The translations under genes were made by a program, and so were the position numbers. A stretch of DNA of 31,469 bases from Nanobdellati archaeon (GTDB lineage Archaea; EX4484-52; JAADEF01): assembly GCA_026997215.1 (NCBI GenBank), contig JALWJP010000184.1, forward strand, positions 340-31,808, written 5' to 3'. Numbering within the stretch: position 1 is the first letter of the stretch; each line of letters starts with the position of its first letter. The notes beneath the pieces are model-generated. The model had not been told where the DNA came from, did not search any database, and saw only the letters and a program-made list of their open reading frames with translations. Positions 7,700 to 17,260 of the stretch are shown here, piece after piece.

Positions 7700-7984
7700 T
7701 TAGACTCCTGCCACATTACCTCTTCCTATATATCTATATATTGCATATAGAGCTGCTCCACCAACTGCAACTACAATTATCACTTTTGCCATGGACACAA
7801 TCAAAGAGTATAGTCCTATAATGTTTGTCATCAATTCCTGTATCACAGTGTTGTTAGTTGTATCAGACAAAGTAGTTATAATAAATGGTCCTAAGAATGT
7901 TGCAACACCGAATACCAGCAACCCAAGACCTATAGACACTAATAGTGCCATGTTTCCTCGTCTCATCTTTCTGCTTAGTCTCAT
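7700..7984 (-). CDS. Putative major capsid protein of spindle-shaped-virus type (hydrophobic helical hairpin)
   Basis: 94 aa; basic leader ending RRG, two long hydrophobic helices linked by polar loop SDTTNNT with an N-glycosylation sequon; own TATA box, strong SD and terminator suggest high expression. Confidence 0.6.
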   Translation of the reverse strand: MRLSRKMRRGNMALLVSIGLGLLVFGVATFLGPFIITTLSDTTNNTVIQELMTNIIGLYSLIVSMAKVIIVVAVGGAALYAIYRYIGRGNVAGV

Positions 7985-7991
7985 TTTATCA

Positions 7992-8025
7992 CCTCATATA
8001 TGAGGAGTATTTAACCATTTTTAAA
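7992..8025 (-). promoter_or_regulatory. Capsid-gene promoter with a perfect 14-bp palindrome over the predicted TSS/SD
   Basis: TTTAAAAA (8025-8018); CCTCATATATGAGG (7992-8005) includes the start of the GAGGTGA SD. Confidence 0.6.
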
Positions 8026-8042
8026 GTTTTGCTAACAATTCA

Positions 8043-8336
8043 TTACTGCTTATATGCTAATGCCACACTAATCGCAAGTAAGATACTATACATTCCTACA
8101 AAATACCAGTTTATTATCCCTATTGCGTATAATATCACAGATACAACACTCATGATAAATAATGATGCCATTGCCGATTGTGAAAAATCATATCTACTTC
8201 TAAATATTGAGAATGTAATTATTGTTAATATAACTACTAATGATTCGCCAAACAATGTCAAACTATCTATATACTTTATAAATCCTATTATTCCATCTAT
8301 TTTTGTTATATCATACAATAATTCAACCATACTCAC
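8043..8336 (-). CDS. Membrane protein (about 3 TM), virion module
   Basis: 97 aa, three hydrophobic segments. Confidence 0.75.
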   Translation of the reverse strand: MSMVELLYDITKIDGIIGFIKYIDSLTLFGESLVVILTIITFSIFRSRYDFSQSAMASLFIMSVVSVILYAIGIINWYFVGMYSILLAISVALAYKQ

Positions 8337-8758
8337 ACCTCTCTATTTAAGAATAATTTTATCATTGCGAACACTACATTAACTATAATTATTGCTATTA
8401 TTATGCTTGTTAGTTCTTCTGGAATCCTCAATATTCCTGATATTTCTGATACAAATATCTCATACATACCCATTAAAGTCGTGAATATTAATTTTGAAGT
8501 CTCATAAAATGTAACTAATGTCACTACAGGCATATTCAATAACTCTATATCACTGATCCTTGCACTTTTTATTGATTCGGCCATATCATATGCCATATTT
8601 TTTATTTCTGAAACATAAGAAGTTACTGCATAATTCTCTATTTGTACTCCATAAGACTCACTAATATCACTAAAAAACATTCCTAATGATGTCATTACTA
8701 ATGAAAATACTAACATTAATACAACGTAATCTTTTAAGTTCATTATCTCATCCTCCAT
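8333..8758 (-). CDS. Membrane protein, virion module
   Basis: 141 aa, N- and C-terminal hydrophobic helices with an amphipathic middle. Confidence 0.75.
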   Translation of the reverse strand: MEDEIMNLKDYVVLMLVFSLVMTSLGMFFSDISESYGVQIENYAVTSYVSEIKNMAYDMAESIKSARISDIELLNMPVVTLVTFYETSKLIFTTLMGMYEIFVSEISGILRIPEELTSIIIAIIIVNVVFAMIKLFLNREV

Positions 8759-11700
8759 AATATATATACTCCTAATACTACCATGGCTATTATTGATGAT
8801 ATTGTTACCATTAAGAATCCCATCACCATTGAAAATATTAATGTTCCTAAAACCAATGTGACACTAATTGCAGGATTATAATACCCAACTCCTATTGCTA
8901 ATAATATCATTAATAATGTTAGGAATAAACCGTCCAAACCAATATTAAACACATATGATTTTTTGCCTATTGTTTTTTCTTCCAATAATATCTCCTTACC
9001 TTCTCCATCAATTGCATATAAGTAATATATATAAGATGAACTTGATAAATTTAAATCATTGCATATCAATTCCAAACTACTGCCTGTTCCTTCATTCTTA
9101 CATGCTATAGTGTAGTTCAATAATGGTAATTCCTCATAAACTATTAACTTTGCACTCTTCATTAAACCTGTTATGTCGGATATTGTGCATGATACTTTTG
9201 TATCACTATAACTGCAATCATATAAGATGTTCTTCCTTTGTAAATACTCGTATTGTATATCTTGAGATACTTTTATGTTAACCGTGAATGGTGGGCATGT
9301 GCTATCTATTCCACAACCTATTATAAATCCATCAGTATCTGCAACAACTTTGTTATTATGTTCTACTATTATCCTATATGTTGCTGTATATGGCTCTATA
9401 AATGTAGATATTTTACCTTCAAAATCAGTATAACCTACATATATAGATATGTATTTATCTTCTGTTGGATAATACCTCATTACTTTAACTAAGTATCCTT
9501 GTAATGGATTACCTATTTCATCAACCACCCTAACAATACCTACATAACTAACTAAATACCTCAATAAGTATAGCACTATATTGTTAACACCTAAAACATT
9601 ATCTCCTGATATGTTAAGTATATACCTTCTTTTCACATAATTGTCAGGATCTAAATCATCATAATAATGATCACCGTATATATTAAATGGTAAGTTTTCA
9701 GAACTAACTAAACATAATTCTTTTGTTGTGTTGTTAAACCTAAAAGTATAATGTCTACTAGCTTTTTCTGTACTTACATCATATATGGCATCTATAATGA
9801 AATCATTTATTACTGTATTATTCTCCTCATCTCTAACCTCGTATATGAACTTATTAGGATATGTGACTCCTTCACATAACCTAAGGTATAGTCCATATAC
9901 TCTTGTTGTTATACTACTTCCTAATGGTCTAACTGAGCCAGATATAATTAATTCTCCTGTTATCTCTCTATCCTGATACTTATCTCCATCTGTTTCTATG
10001 CTTGCATCAGTTATATTTATCATATCAACATCATATGATACTTTTAATGAATTATTTACTTCTATTGTTCTCTGTGTATTTTGTCCTGTTACATTTGTTA
10101 TATATGTTTTAATTGTCCATAGATGCTTATTACAATCATTTATACAAAACATAGTGTAAGTTATGTTCTTTACATTACCCTCTAATATTTTACTATCAAA
10201 ACTTACTCCTTCTAAATAATACCCATACATTAATGTTGTAGTGTTGCTAAATACTGTTTCATTAACTCCTTTATCATACAACCATTCAAAGTTTATGTTT
10301 GTTGCGTTTGTGATGATTAATGGATTTGTTACATTTGCAATGAAACCACCATCATACTTTTTTGCTATAAATGTTGCACTAACAACGTTAATACCTTTAG
10401 ATTTAAATTCAATAGTATCGTATTTCTCTTTTATAACCCATCCATCATATACTGTATTGCTATATACTACATTACCATTCAAATATAATATTACATCAAC
10501 ACCGCCATAACAAATGGTATTTGGTATACAACTATCAACTATATTAACTTCTAACTCATCCATAGATGTATTAAAGTAATAAGTGTAAGGTAAGGTAGTT
10601 AAAGGTATTATTATTTTTGAATCGCTGTACTCATAACTAACAACACTACCATTATGGATGAAATACATATTGGATTTATTAAACAAATATTCGTTAATCA
10701 ATAATTCCAATTTATAATTATATACTTCATCTTCATATTGATAAGGTGTGAAACTGTAATTTATTAATACATAATCATCAACAGTAAATAATATTTCCTC
10801 ATAATTTCTGTTGTAAGAACTATCTATTGCATAAACTGTAAAGTTATGCTGTCCTTCTTCTAATAAATTAGTATTATATTGTAAAATTGTTGCGTTTAAA
10901 TATGTTTCATTATTGTAAATCAAAACATCATCAAACCATGCTTTTAATGTGAAATTGCTATCTTTATCATCTATTGCGTAGTATGTGATATTAAAGTATG
11001 AAGTGTAATACGTTTTATTTTCCACTCCTGTTACGGTTATTGTTTGTGGGTTATCTGTTTGCTCAACTCCGACACTTGTTATTGGTTCAGGTGTAACATA
11101 TTGTCTTAATATTATATTGTCCCAATTTGTCTCCGCAGTACCTGAAGCCGATCCGTCTATATGTGAAATTTCTAAATAAGTAAACCCTAATAATGAACTG
11201 TCATCTACGCTATAGATATTTCCGTAAATGTTTGCAGTAATAGTACTTCCATTATAGCAAAAAGTTGTATGGTATGTTCCTACACTTCTTAATGTAGTAT
11301 CACTTAATAATGTTGTATCAGTACCCGCAACCTTTTTAATAATATATGGTCCATCTCCATTTCCTGTTGTCATATGCATTCTATACTCATTACTAGCGTC
11401 AACCATTACGTGTATTATTCCTCCTGATGCACCTACTCCTTTAGTCCAATCAAAATCTACACAAAATGTATTAAAAGTTGTTAATGTATTAGTATCTGAC
11501 GAAAACCAACCACCTGAAGCTGCGTCTGTTATACATGTTAAATTTAAACTTGTAGAGTTAATAACACAATTAGGGTCTACACTACTCCACTTGCTTAAAT
11601 CACTACTAAAATCTTCATAAAATATAAAAACTGCTGTTGCATTACTTTCACTTGTTGCTAGTGAGTTACCATACCACATCTGTATTGTGTATGTGCTTGA

Positions 11701-12027
11701 CGCAGGAATAGAAGGAACTTTAACCCAAATTCTTGTATTGGCACTATTACAACTTCCATCTTCTATCCAATAACTTAGCTCAGTAACTCCATCGCTTTCA
11801 GTAAATCTAATATCGGAACAATCACTATTCATCTTTCCTTCACTAATTATTGTTGCTGTATCAACCGTTACTAGAACTTGGTAATCTGTTAGTACGTTGC
11901 TGTTTCCTGTATTGTCGATAGTAATATCTCTATAATAACTCCAACCTGATAAGGCATATACGCTACTCATACTCATAAATACTGTTAATAGGATCATACT
12001 TATTAATATCCTATTGTTCATGCCCAT
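8743..12027 (-). CDS. Large secreted, membrane-anchored adhesin/receptor-binding protein with N-terminal DUF2341-like domain
   Basis: Signal peptide; WSYYRDITI...DYQV...SDCSDIRFT...LSYWIE...IWVKVP (DUF2341 pattern); beta-rich repeats; at least 25 N-x-S/T sequons by hand count; 2-3 C-terminal TM helices. Confidence 0.8.
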   Translation of the reverse strand: MGMNNRILISMILLTVFMSMSSVYALSGWSYYRDITIDNTGNSNVLTDYQVLVTVDTATIISEGKMNSDCSDIRFTESDGVTELSYWIEDGSCNSANTRIWVKVPSIPASSTYTIQMWYGNSLATSESNATAVFIFYEDFSSDLSKWSSVDPNCVINSTSLNLTCITDAASGGWFSSDTNTLTTFNTFCVDFDWTKGVGASGGIIHVMVDASNEYRMHMTTGNGDGPYIIKKVAGTDTTLLSDTTLRSVGTYHTTFCYNGSTITANIYGNIYSVDDSSLLGFTYLEISHIDGSASGTAETNWDNIILRQYVTPEPITSVGVEQTDNPQTITVTGVENKTYYTSYFNITYYAIDDKDSNFTLKAWFDDVLIYNNETYLNATILQYNTNLLEEGQHNFTVYAIDSSYNRNYEEILFTVDDYVLINYSFTPYQYEDEVYNYKLELLINEYLFNKSNMYFIHNGSVVSYEYSDSKIIIPLTTLPYTYYFNTSMDELEVNIVDSCIPNTICYGGVDVILYLNGNVVYSNTVYDGWVIKEKYDTIEFKSKGINVVSATFIAKKYDGGFIANVTNPLIITNATNINFEWLYDKGVNETVFSNTTTLMYGYYLEGVSFDSKILEGNVKNITYTMFCINDCNKHLWTIKTYITNVTGQNTQRTIEVNNSLKVSYDVDMINITDASIETDGDKYQDREITGELIISGSVRPLGSSITTRVYGLYLRLCEGVTYPNKFIYEVRDEENNTVINDFIIDAIYDVSTEKASRHYTFRFNNTTKELCLVSSENLPFNIYGDHYYDDLDPDNYVKRRYILNISGDNVLGVNNIVLYLLRYLVSYVGIVRVVDEIGNPLQGYLVKVMRYYPTEDKYISIYVGYTDFEGKISTFIEPYTATYRIIVEHNNKVVADTDGFIIGCGIDSTCPPFTVNIKVSQDIQYEYLQRKNILYDCSYSDTKVSCTISDITGLMKSAKLIVYEELPLLNYTIACKNEGTGSSLELICNDLNLSSSSYIYYLYAIDGEGKEILLEEKTIGKKSYVFNIGLDGLFLTLLMILLAIGVGYYNPAISVTLVLGTLIFSMVMGFLMVTISSIIAMVVLGVYILWRMR

Positions 12028-12029
12028 GA

Positions 12030-12296
12030 TTACAACACCTTCATCATGCTTCTTATTATCTTCCTTATCTCACTAGCTGTTTTTCTTGATATTCTTAAAT
12101 TACTATTATTTTTCTTATAAGTTAGATGATAAAGCAATAATAGTCTACCTTTTGCTATCTTCTTTGTTATTTTGCCTTTATTATAATCACTCAATATAGC
12201 CTTTATAATTTCTTCAAATTCTTTCTTGTTGCTTAATCCTTTTTTTCCTATGTCACTAACATTTACACCTAAATATACGTTTCCCATGTTATTCAC
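12030..12296 (-). CDS. Small basic protein, putative nucleic-acid binding
   Basis: 88 aa, K/R-rich. Confidence 0.7.
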   Translation of the reverse strand: MNNMGNVYLGVNVSDIGKKGLSNKKEFEEIIKAILSDYNKGKITKKIAKGRLLLLYHLTYKKNNSNLRISRKTASEIRKIIRSMMKVL

Positions 12297-12436
12297 CTTA
12301 CAAAATTCTTCATTACTTTCATATATTCTTTCAACTTCTTCTTTATCTCCTTATCATTAATTTCCTTCTCATTCAAAACAACACTCATATCTATTGTTGC
12401 AATATCTATTATATCTTTTTTATTTACACTCTTCAT
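12293..12436 (-). CDS. Small hypothetical protein (47 aa)
   Basis: Hand-translated MKSVNKKDIIDIATIDMSVVLNEKEINDKEIKKKLKEYMKVMKNFVR; AGGTGA SD. Confidence 0.55.
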   Translation of the reverse strand: MKSVNKKDIIDIATIDMSVVLNEKEINDKEIKKKLKEYMKVMKNFVR

Positions 12437-12461
12437 ATTGATATCACCTTCTATTCAATAG

Positions 12462-12746
12462 TCAAGGTTCTAAACGTGCATAATATAAGTCTGGGAAGTT
12501 TATTCTTATGAAACTAATAACCTTCCTTTTAAATCCTTTTGGCAGGTACAATATCCCAGGAACCTCGTCATATCCTTTGACATATCCTGGCTTAATTTCA
12601 ACCTTTATATCATACTTCATTTCCAATGCTTTCTTCAATTCATATAGATCCTCATAAGGAATGTGTGGTAGAAAGGTTATTTCTTCCTTACCTGCTGCCC
12701 ACTTAAAACTACTCTTAGATGCCTTCTTGCTTTTGCTCTTACTCAT
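12462..12746 (-). CDS. Small protein with K/S-rich N-tail, paralog of 6615..6833
   Basis: MSKSKSKKASKSS tail; C-terminal motif shared with 6615..6833. Confidence 0.75.
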   Translation of the reverse strand: MSKSKSKKASKSSFKWAAGKEEITFLPHIPYEDLYELKKALEMKYDIKVEIKPGYVKGYDEVPGILYLPKGFKRKVISFIRINFPDLYYARLEP

Positions 12747-12750
12747 ATTC

Positions 12751-12933
12751 TCACCTCTTTTTCCTTTTTTTGGTTATCATCTTCTTTCTTGTCTTGTACT
12801 TGCCTTCGCTTTTTGCTTTCTTTGCCCCATCTATTGCTCCAGCCAACATATCTCTCTCTTTCTTGTTTAACTTCTTACCTTTACTAACCTTCGACATAAC
12901 CTTTCCTAACTTATCTAATCTTTTCTTACCCAT
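12751..12933 (-). CDS. Very basic 60-aa protein, putative genome-condensing virion protein
   Basis: Extremely K/R-rich (ends KMITKKRKKR); sits in the structural module; role analogous to fusellovirus VP2 is inference. Confidence 0.65.
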   Translation of the reverse strand: MGKKRLDKLGKVMSKVSKGKKLNKKERDMLAGAIDGAKKAKSEGKYKTRKKMITKKRKKR

Positions 12934-12937
12934 TATC

Positions 12938-13408
12938 TCACCTTCTTAAATACATTATTATTATTAATGCAACTCCTATTAAATTAACAACTAATGGTAA
13001 GTATTTAACCAATGAAAGCAATAAAGGATATGAATTAAATATTGATGCAAATATCTCATCTGTTATAAATATATAAATCACATCTGAAAATATTATTGCT
13101 AAAAAGTCAAACAATAAAAGTGATACAACTGCTCCTATCAGGAATATTGGATGCACCGGTATTAATACTGCTGCAACCAATGATGACATGGCTAAAAGGA
13201 ACACTAATGTCACCAATAATTTTGCAAAATAATCATACAACCCTGTTGTCCCACTATACATACTCATTGTTATTGTTGAGTTGTCAACATCATTAACCCA
13301 CACATCTGCAAATGTGCTGTATAGGTAAAATGATACTCCAAAAATGAACACTCCAACCAAAACATATACTGGAACCATAATCAAATCTTGCATACTCACT
13401 ACCATCAC
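12938..13408 (-). CDS. Polytopic membrane protein (about 4 TM), virion module
   Basis: Four hydrophobic segments; NST sequon in the first loop. Confidence 0.8.
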   Translation of the reverse strand: MMVVSMQDLIMVPVYVLVGVFIFGVSFYLYSTFADVWVNDVDNSTITMSMYSGTTGLYDYFAKLLVTLVFLLAMSSLVAAVLIPVHPIFLIGAVVSLLLFDFLAIIFSDVIYIFITDEIFASIFNSYPLLLSLVKYLPLVVNLIGVALIIIMYLRR

Positions 13409-16356
13409 CTTCTTCTCTTCCTTCTTCCTCTCTTTGTTCTTCTTGTTGGTGAAATTATTGGTCTTATCTCCAAACCAGAGAATACTTCTTTGCTAACTCT
13501 TGGTGCTTTTATTCCGAACTCTATTGCAACTAATGAAGGTGCATAACTATATTTAAATCTTCCTCTACCATATTTTGGTTTAGGTTTGCTAGGCAAACTA
13601 AAACCGCCAATATCTTTTATTCTTGGAGGTAATGCTGTTGTTATAAGCGGTGGTGTAATCTCTACTTTTGGTGCTGTTATCTCTATCTTCGGTACACTTA
13701 CCTCTTGTGGAATTGGTTCACTAACTACTCTCGTCATAGGTTGTTCTATTGGTGGTTGTTTAAGCTGATAAGTCTGTATACTCTCCAATTTTGGCATCTG
13801 TGGTTCTTGTATTGGTTTGGTAGGCATCTTTATTACGTCTTTTATACCAGTGGAAGGTATTGTTATCATCTCTCCCTTTCCTACTTTAATAGGCATTATT
13901 CCGAATCCTTTGATTGTTGGTTTACCTATTGGAACTTTAAGCCCTCTAAAATCATAAGATACCTTACTAATATCGAATTTAACCTCAGGAAGTTTAACCT
14001 TTAAACCTGCCTCTGGTTTTAATATCTTTGCCATATCTTCTTGTATTGCTTCTGCTTTAATCTTTGTTCCTGTTAATGATAATCCACCTTTTAACTTTCT
14101 TCCAAATAATGGTTTCTTGCCTTCTATCACAACTTTAAACTCCTTATCAGGTATTGCATACTTTTCAACAACATCCATACCTCTTATCTCCTTTAAACGT
14201 GTTGTTCTAACTAATTTCCCTTGCTTCCATACTGCGTCTCCTATCTCAACTATATCTCTTATATTCCCTTCTGTTGCATATGATATTTTTTTGACTTGGT
14301 GAACATTTAGTTGTTTCATTCTCGCCAATCCTTCATTAACTGATTGCATTTCCTTCTCTATAACTATTGGTAATTTCTCTCTCCTAAAAACTCTAACCTC
14401 TTCTGCTTTTGCTGGTTCTTTGGTTATTGGCAATCCTCTCAATTTACCTTCTCCTTCAAATAGGATTCTGTTCTTGCCAATATCAACTATTCTATAATGA
14501 TATTTATCTCCTGTGATATACTCAACCATTCTTCTGTTGCCCTTAACAACTTTACTATATACTTTTAACTTGTCAAAAGAAGTGCTGAACTTCATCTTAT
14601 AATCAGGTGTATTAACATTAACAATTGCTGATTCTGGTTTCTCATACATAACCTTATACCTACCTATTGTTGGTTTCTGTTCTAATAGTATATTCTTCTC
14701 TCCTTTAATCAACATTGTACCTTCTCCTTTGATTGCTTTGCTTATCTCTTTCGGTCTTGTTATTATCCTACCTCTTCCCTCAACACGTGTCTTAGGTGTC
14801 TTTATCGAAGTCATGTATCCTTCAAATGTTTTTTGATATATTCCTGCTCCTGCTTTACCTAAAAAGTAGAACATTGGTATTGCTGCTATATCTCCTATTG
14901 CTTTTGATAAGTCTTTCTCTTTAATACCTTCATAAACATCATATCCTGTCATTCCTGCATAAGTGATGCCCATTCCAATACCTATTCCTTTTGGTGCTGT
15001 TCTAACTGCTGTAACTGCCAACTCTGCCGCTTTTGTTCCTGGCCTAAGTAATGGAACCCACCTAACATTAGATAATGCCACACTACCATATCCTGCTATC
15101 TCTGTTAATGCAACTGTTGATAATGTTCCTGCAACTTGTTTCTTTTTATATGTTTCATATGCTTCTATACCTCCTGTATTCAAAATGTACAATCTTTTTG
15201 CCAATCTCTCTTTTGCTATATCGCTTGGTGTTGGCAACCATTCTTTTGCTTTCTTCTCTAATAAAACATCGTACTTTTCAGGTAAGAATATCTCTGCTGT
15301 TTTAATTGCTCCCCATCCTACTGCACTACCTATATACCTTAAACTCCCTCCTCTAAACATATTAATATCTTCAAATAATGCTGCTCCATGTGCCTTAATC
15401 TTTGTCTTATATGATGTTTCGTATATGCTTTTGGCAACTTCCTGTGCTGATTCCCATTCTTTTTGAATATCATAACCAATTTGTGGCTCGTATTTTGATA
15501 CTCCATATATGTATAATTTTGGCTTATGATATGCTGCATAAGTATCTAGATATTGGTTATATCTAATCTTATTCTCTTCTACTTTTTTTAGACCTTCATC
15601 TATATCCTTTGTGTCTATTGCCTCAACTTCACTTTTTGCTTTTAGTAATCTCTCCTTCTCAGATTCTAAATAAGAAATTGCTTCGTTACCATATAATTTT
15701 CTACCTTCTACTATTAAATATAATCTATCATCTTTTTTAAGTGCTCCTATTTTTTCATCTAAATCTTTAAGATTCTCCTTTATTCTTCTTTCATAAGCCT
15801 TCTTTAAAAACATTCTATACTCTCTCTCTTTCCTTAATGCTTCTTTTTGTCCTTCGAAATCTGTTGAAGATGAACTGAACGTGCTTATATTCCTTAGATA
15901 TTGTGCAGTACTTGTTGGTTCTGTTTCTTTAAATCTACCTTCCTTCTCATCATAATAATAAGTTTTCCCTTCTTCGTCAACAAACCTTCCTCCAACATAA
16001 TGTATTCTACCCCCACCCTTCTTTTTAACTAATTCCTTGGCCTTTTCTTCATACTCCTTTCTTGCTCTCCTTCCTTTCTCATACAATTTTCTTGCCTTGC
16101 TTATTGCTTCTGTATCACCTCTTTTTATCTTCTCTATCCATTTCTCCCTTTCTTCACGTGTATAAACTGATAAATTTTTAACATAATTGACTAATGTTCC
16201 CTTATCAACTGAAGAGTTTGAACTTCTTCTCGAACTTGATTTCCTTTTATTAGAAGATGAAGATTTAGACTTTTTCTTAGGTTCATCTAAATAAACAACT
16301 GTTCCATCTGCTCTTACTGAGAACGGCCTTCCCAATTGTACTCTAACTTTAACCAT
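13405..16356 (-). CDS. Large 983-aa protein: basic termini, coiled coil, central Gly/Ala hydrophobic helices, Pro-rich linker; putative virion/DNA-delivery protein
   Basis: K/S/R-rich N-terminus, helical K/E region, GIGIGMGITYAGMTG-type segments, P/Q/E-rich region, C-terminal YAPSLVAIEFGI...GLEIRP then poly-Arg. Confidence 0.75.
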   Translation of the reverse strand: MVKVRVQLGRPFSVRADGTVVYLDEPKKKSKSSSSNKRKSSSRRSSNSSVDKGTLVNYVKNLSVYTREEREKWIEKIKRGDTEAISKARKLYEKGRRARKEYEEKAKELVKKKGGGRIHYVGGRFVDEEGKTYYYDEKEGRFKETEPTSTAQYLRNISTFSSSSTDFEGQKEALRKEREYRMFLKKAYERRIKENLKDLDEKIGALKKDDRLYLIVEGRKLYGNEAISYLESEKERLLKAKSEVEAIDTKDIDEGLKKVEENKIRYNQYLDTYAAYHKPKLYIYGVSKYEPQIGYDIQKEWESAQEVAKSIYETSYKTKIKAHGAALFEDINMFRGGSLRYIGSAVGWGAIKTAEIFLPEKYDVLLEKKAKEWLPTPSDIAKERLAKRLYILNTGGIEAYETYKKKQVAGTLSTVALTEIAGYGSVALSNVRWVPLLRPGTKAAELAVTAVRTAPKGIGIGMGITYAGMTGYDVYEGIKEKDLSKAIGDIAAIPMFYFLGKAGAGIYQKTFEGYMTSIKTPKTRVEGRGRIITRPKEISKAIKGEGTMLIKGEKNILLEQKPTIGRYKVMYEKPESAIVNVNTPDYKMKFSTSFDKLKVYSKVVKGNRRMVEYITGDKYHYRIVDIGKNRILFEGEGKLRGLPITKEPAKAEEVRVFRREKLPIVIEKEMQSVNEGLARMKQLNVHQVKKISYATEGNIRDIVEIGDAVWKQGKLVRTTRLKEIRGMDVVEKYAIPDKEFKVVIEGKKPLFGRKLKGGLSLTGTKIKAEAIQEDMAKILKPEAGLKVKLPEVKFDISKVSYDFRGLKVPIGKPTIKGFGIMPIKVGKGEMITIPSTGIKDVIKMPTKPIQEPQMPKLESIQTYQLKQPPIEQPMTRVVSEPIPQEVSVPKIEITAPKVEITPPLITTALPPRIKDIGGFSLPSKPKPKYGRGRFKYSYAPSLVAIEFGIKAPRVSKEVFSGLEIRPIISPTRRTKRGRRKRRR

Positions 16357-16404
16357 GATTAATTAGTTTTCGTCCATATTTTAAAAATATGTAAAAATGA
16401 AAAA

Positions 16405-17256
16405 TTATCTTGTTGTGTTTATGTTATTGACCACATTATATAGCCTATTAACCGCTACATCTAATTTATTCGCTGTATCCTGCATATTATCAGTACTTTC
16501 TTTTATCATTTGTGCAACATACACATTTTGATTTGATTGTTGTTTCATTGATTGCGTGATAGTATATGACACGTTTCTTAATTCATTTATTGTTTGGTAT
16601 GTAAGTTTCTTTTGCATGTCCATTGTATTTTTAAATGTGTCTGCAAACTTATTATGCATCTCTGATATTTTCATACTACCATATACGAATATTACTGACG
16701 TCATCAATATTGCCACTAATGCTAATATCTGTACGCCATATTTTGACCAGAAATCCATTTTACTTCTGTACATCTCATAACTATCGTGGTATTGTTGAAC
16801 TAACCAACTATCCTTATCATATGTTTTTTGTGCTATCATATGTGGAATTGGTACTATCTCTCCATTATCTAATTCTATGTCTCCTCTGAATATTGGCACA
16901 TCATCATAACCAATTAAATTCCCATCATCGTCGTATTTAGGAACCTTCATGATTAAATTTGTATCATCTGATAATATAGGATAAAACAATTCATTTGACA
17001 TTTGATATAAGTATATCGTTGCAACATCATTTATATTGTAGAACTTGCTAATATCTTGTAATGGTATTTTATAATTGTATTTTTTCCTGCCAACCTTAAT
17101 GAAGAAATCAAAAAACTTATATGCTACTTCTCCATTATTTTCTATGTTCCTTCTCTTCTCCCTTAACACCCTACCTCTACCATCATATATTGCAATCCCA
17201 TTTCCATATTTCCTAAACACAAACACTTTTATAGGATACTTTGTAGCCTCAAACAT
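16405..17256 (-). CDS. Single-TM membrane protein with C-terminal coiled coil, morphogenesis module
   Basis: Start reassigned to ATG at 17256 (MFEATK) after GAGGTGA; TM ILALVAILMTSVIFVY; heptad Q/N/M-rich tail. Confidence 0.8.
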   Translation of the reverse strand: MFEATKYPIKVFVFRKYGNGIAIYDGRGRVLREKRRNIENNGEVAYKFFDFFIKVGRKKYNYKIPLQDISKFYNINDVATIYLYQMSNELFYPILSDDTNLIMKVPKYDDDGNLIGYDDVPIFRGDIELDNGEIVPIPHMIAQKTYDKDSWLVQQYHDSYEMYRSKMDFWSKYGVQILALVAILMTSVIFVYGSMKISEMHNKFADTFKNTMDMQKKLTYQTINELRNVSYTITQSMKQQSNQNVYVAQMIKESTDNMQDTANKLDVAVNRLYNVVNNINTTR

Positions 17257-17260
17257 TTTC

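Noticed and set aside
13405-16356. Tape-measure protein of a tailed virus
   Set aside because: No flanking tail tube, chaperone or baseplate genes and no clear periodic repeats; neighbours are membrane proteins.
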